This document shows, piece after piece, positions 59,373 to 64,000 of a DNA stretch of 64,000 nucleotides (positions are counted from its first letter, which is position 1; each line of letters starts with the position of its first letter). The DNA lies in assembly GCF_009914755.1 (NCBI RefSeq), contig NC_060933.1; one strand, written 5' to 3'. The translations under genes and the position numbers were made by a program. Source of the DNA: the human T2T-CHM13v2.0 reference genome, Homo sapiens. The notes under the pieces are model-generated. The model saw nothing but the letters and a program-made list of their open reading frames with translations. It was not told where the DNA came from and did not search any database.

Positions 59373-60777
59373 AACAAGCACAGAGGTCCTCAGTGGCTCA
59401 CTCCTGGTGGCCGTGTGCTGTGGGCTGGGAATGGCCATACTCATTTCTCAGAGCTTTTGAGTTGTGTGTGTTTCCAGTTGTGCATATTAATTAGAAAAAA
59501 CAAAAGTGAATTTGTAGGTTAAGGCAGGTCCTTAAGTTTCCTTAATTTCCTCTCCCTGGAGACCTGGCAGGCTGGGCCGGGCACTGCTGCGGAAGGCCAG
59601 CCGCACCCTGAGTCAGGTCTTCTCCAGAAGGTTCAGGGCAAGCTCTGGATTACAGATAGGAAACCAAATGCATGAGGAAGGCACTGCTCACCCTGCAATG
59701 ACGGTCAAGGTGTGGGGTGGGGAGCAGCAGCCTGGAGGTCAGAGCCAGGACCTTGGGGGCTGAGAGTGGTGTGCTTGCCTGGTGATCTTCAGCAATGGGA
59801 GGCCTGGTGTCACCCTGGGGCCCAGACTGTGAAGGACTGGTGGCTTTGGGGATCTGCGTGATCCAGGGGGCCCAAGCATCTGCCCAGCCGGCATTCTGTG
59901 CACTGCCCACCTGCCTGTGTTGTCAACGAGGACGGGGTTTGCTAAAATGCAGATTCTTGCCTCTTCCCTAGTCTGAGTCCAGGGTCTGTGGTCAGGCCTG
60001 GGAATCTGTATTCATTGAGGCCCTTTGGGTCCCGCCATCATAGCAGCCTGTCTTTACTTTGGGTGGAGGTCGGAGGTCTGCACATCACCCAGGAGGCTTA
60101 CCAGTGGTAACCCAAGAAGAGGGAAGATGGCAAGAGGGTCTTTGCAGGGTTGGGAGGGCAAGGATGGAAGGACCTGGGAGGCCACAGCACCCTCTCGGAC
60201 TTGGCGCAGAACCCGTGGAAACAGCCTGCGATGCACGGATGGAGGTGGCTTTGCCCTGTGTCTGCTGGTGCCTCTGGAACTCCGGCTCTGACAGACGCTG
60301 CGTCTCCTGCTGACTGCTGCATCCCAAGATGAGCCCAGCGCTTGCACACAGGGCGTCCCAAAGTGTTTGTTGAACAAAGGCATGATCAGTGTTGGTATTG
60401 CCCTGAGACTCATGCCCTCAGCCCCGATTCGGGCACATGGCTCATGTCAACCGCTGGAAGTCCCTCTGGGGCCCACAAATGTCTCTAGACCACAGGAAGA
60501 GTCGGCCTGGCTCCATGTGCCTGGCGCCTGGGGCAGAAAGGTGGACGGGGCAATCAGAGTGGTCACCATCGGGGAGTACACTTTGCACTCCACTCGAGTC
60601 TCCAGGGATATAACTCACTGGATCCTAAGTCTCACTTTCTGAGGGCCGTTCTTAGAGTCTCCTGTATGAAATCAGGCTACATCCAGAGAAAGTTCCAGAA
60701 ATAAGAAAAGATGAGATCGCCTACTGACCCTCCCATTTTTTGCACACGGACACTGAGGGAGGGGAGGAACTTGCTCA

Positions 60778-61223
<446 letters not shown>

Positions 61224-61372
61224 CACCCCATGAGTTATTGCTAGAGTGGTGGGGTAGGGACCCGGCCCCCAGCTCTCAGTGCTGGACATGGGCAGGGTGG
61301 GCATGGGTTCCCTTCCAGCCCTGGCAGAGCCCTGGACCATGCGTGCTTTTCCCCTCAAGTGTCGAGGCAGGC

Positions 61373-61559
61373 AGGGCTGCTGCATAGAATACAAGATGCC
61401 CCATTGAGATGGAATCTCAGACAAATGAGTCATGTTTTACTGTAAGCATATCCCAAATATTTCATGGGACACACTTATACTAAAACTTATTCATTGTTTA
61501 TCTGAGCTTCAAATGTAGTGGAGTGCCCTGTATTTTTATTTGCTAAATTTGGCAGCCCT
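61373..61559. mobile_element. MER53 palindromic hAT MITE
   Basis: Terminal inverted repeats AGGGCTGC/GCAGCCCT and central ATCCCAAATATTTCATGGGAC dyad with TACTAAAA...TTGTTTATCTGA arm. Confidence 0.8.
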
Positions 61560-62012
61560 AGTAACGGGAGCTGGAAGGCTTTTGTTATTTGCCCTCAAGC
61601 AGCATTTCCTGGCATTGGCTTCAGTGACCAGTTGTCTCTTGAAATGTCCCATGGACAGAAGGGAAGAAAACTGGGAAATACTGTGTTAAATAAACTTGCA
61701 CAATTCCTTTTTTTTTTTCTTTAAAGAAAAGCCTAGCCGGGCGTGGTGGCTCACACCTGTAATCCCAGCACTTTGGGAGGCCAAGAAGGGCGGCTCACAA
61801 GGTCAGGAGTTTGAGACTATCCTGGCCAATGTGTTGAAACCCCATCTCTACTAAAAATAAAAAAATTAGCTGGGTGTGGTGTCGGGTGCCTGTAATCCCA
61901 GCTACTTGGGAGGCTGAGGCAGGAGAATTGCTTGAACCCAGGCGGGAGGTTGCAGTGAGCTGAGATCACGCCGCTGCACTCCAGCCTGGGCAACAGAGTG
62001 AGACTCCGTCTC

Positions 62013-62044
<32 letters not shown>

Positions 62045-62052
62045 CCTATTAG

Positions 62053-62497
<445 letters not shown>

Positions 62498-62815
62498 TAG
62501 GAGAAAAGAGGGGCCTGGGAAGGGAAGAAAACAGCAGGGAAGAGGAGGGCTGAAGACAGAGCAGGAGGAAGGCTGAGTGGCTTTAGCTCTTTGGCCTAAC
62601 CCAGACCAGTCAGAGTTCACTCTGGGCACCTCCCAGTGGCAGCCACTTGATTTGCAGGCAAAGAGCTTGGAGACCGGCTCTGCAAATTCAGCCTTATCCA
62701 TGTCCACATGGGTATGGCCCCGGAAAGCACTCAACAAATATGCACTAAATGGATGACTTCAGGCAGTGATCCAGATTATTCAGAGCAGAAAGCTGCTTGG
62801 GCTCTGATTACAGAA

Positions 62816-63149
62816 AAGTACTCCCCGCTCATCCGGATGCAGGGATACCTTCCAAGACCCCCCGTGGAGGCCTGAAACTGTGGATTGTACCGAACTGTAG
62901 AAATACAGTACTGTTTTTTTTTTCCTATACATACATACCTATGATAAAGCTAGGCACAGTAAGAGATTAACAGTAATTACTAATGATAAACAGAACGATT
63001 GCCACAATATACTGCTGTAATAAAGTTAGTGTGTGTGATCTCTCTTTCACAATATCCTAGTGTTCCATGCTCACCTAGTTTCCGGCCACTATTGACCGTG
63101 GGTACCTGAAATTGCAGAAAGCAGAAACTCAGATAAGCAGGGACTACTG
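62816..63149. mobile_element. MER2-like (TcMar-Tigger) DNA transposon
   Basis: TIR-like ends AGTACTCCCCGCTCATCC / GATAAGCAGGGACTACTG followed by TA; internal TTCCAAGACCCCC...GCCTGAAAC and GGCACAGTAAGAGATTAACA. Confidence 0.8.
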
Positions 63150-63167
63150 TACTCTTTTTTTTTTTGA

Positions 63168-63341
<174 letters not shown>

Positions 63342-64000
63342 TAGGGAGACTGTATTTTCCAGAATGCTGATGACATTTCTGCTCCAGATCTGGGGAAGTG
63401 TTGGTGAGTCAGTACTCAGCAGGATAGAAGGCTGAGGACAGTTTGGGCCCCCACAGGTGGCCATTCTCCCTCCCCAGAAACCTGGCCATGTGGTGGGCCG
63501 AGGCTGCCCGCTCTTTCGAAACTCCAAGCTCTGGGCACCCACAAGGAAGGAAGGACGAAGCGAGGGTGGAGTGAGTGCAGTGAGAAGCGCTCCTCCCGGC
63601 CGCCAGCACCATCCTGCGGAGTTAGTGATGTGGCGGGATCAGAGTTCAGTCTTTACAGGGAATGTCTCCTGGAGACACATCTTACTGGCAGCATCTGTGG
63701 GCTGCCTGGGGTGGGGTGAGGCAGGAATGGGGTGGCCTGACCCCTGCCCTGCCCACCTCTCACGCACGCACCTCCACCCACCTGCTGGCTGGTCCCAGAG
63801 GCCTTCCTAGGTTCCCGGGAGGCTCTCCGCTGGGAGCCGGGGGAAGTGTCAGAGCCAGGGCGACATTCCCAGGAATAGCGAGAGGCCCCAAGGACTCATT
63901 CCCTTTCAGAACGGAAGGCCTCGGTGACCCAGGACCCTCCTGGGGCCGTCACAAGTCTTCGAGTAACCACTGGGGCCCAGCGGGTGAGCTTCAAGGCCAC

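Noticed and set aside
58667-59494. 275-aa plus-strand ORF upstream of U6atac
   Set aside because: Non-ATG start, spans CpG island and RY low-complexity repeat, no recognisable domain.

Overview
Human genomic DNA, recognisable as the WDR5-RNU6ATAC locus (9q34). The first ~28 kb is almost all repeats: a (CCAT)n tract, old L1s broken up by many Alus, MLT2A and MST LTRs, and a human-specific SVA_F1 (MAST2-SVA) on the minus strand. The complete 14-exon WDR5 gene lies on + (CpG-island promoter ~29.8 kb, 13 coding exons 33620-51738 joining to 1005 nt = 334 aa plus stop, two AATAAA sites). The minor-spliceosome U6atac snRNA gene lies on - at 58166-58291 with TATA, PSE, putative octamer and T-run terminator, back-to-back with an ETS/NRF1-rich CpG island. 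Most interesting observations: (1) a 140-bp piece that I recognise as CACNA1E (Cav2.3) coding sequence, apparently spanning an exon junction, sits inside an Alu at 60818-60957 with junction microhomologies and no poly(A) or TSD of its own; (2) the SVA_F1 carries three stacked poly(A) tails and two 3'-transduced segments, a record of serial retrotransposition, plus a possible cap-derived 5' G; (3) three pairs of nearby Alus share private mutations, suggesting gene conversion; (4) several latent splice features in WDR5 introns. Gene and repeat names are from recognition and memory, not database searches; repeat boundaries are approximate. Most ORFs in the supplied track are repeat artefacts.
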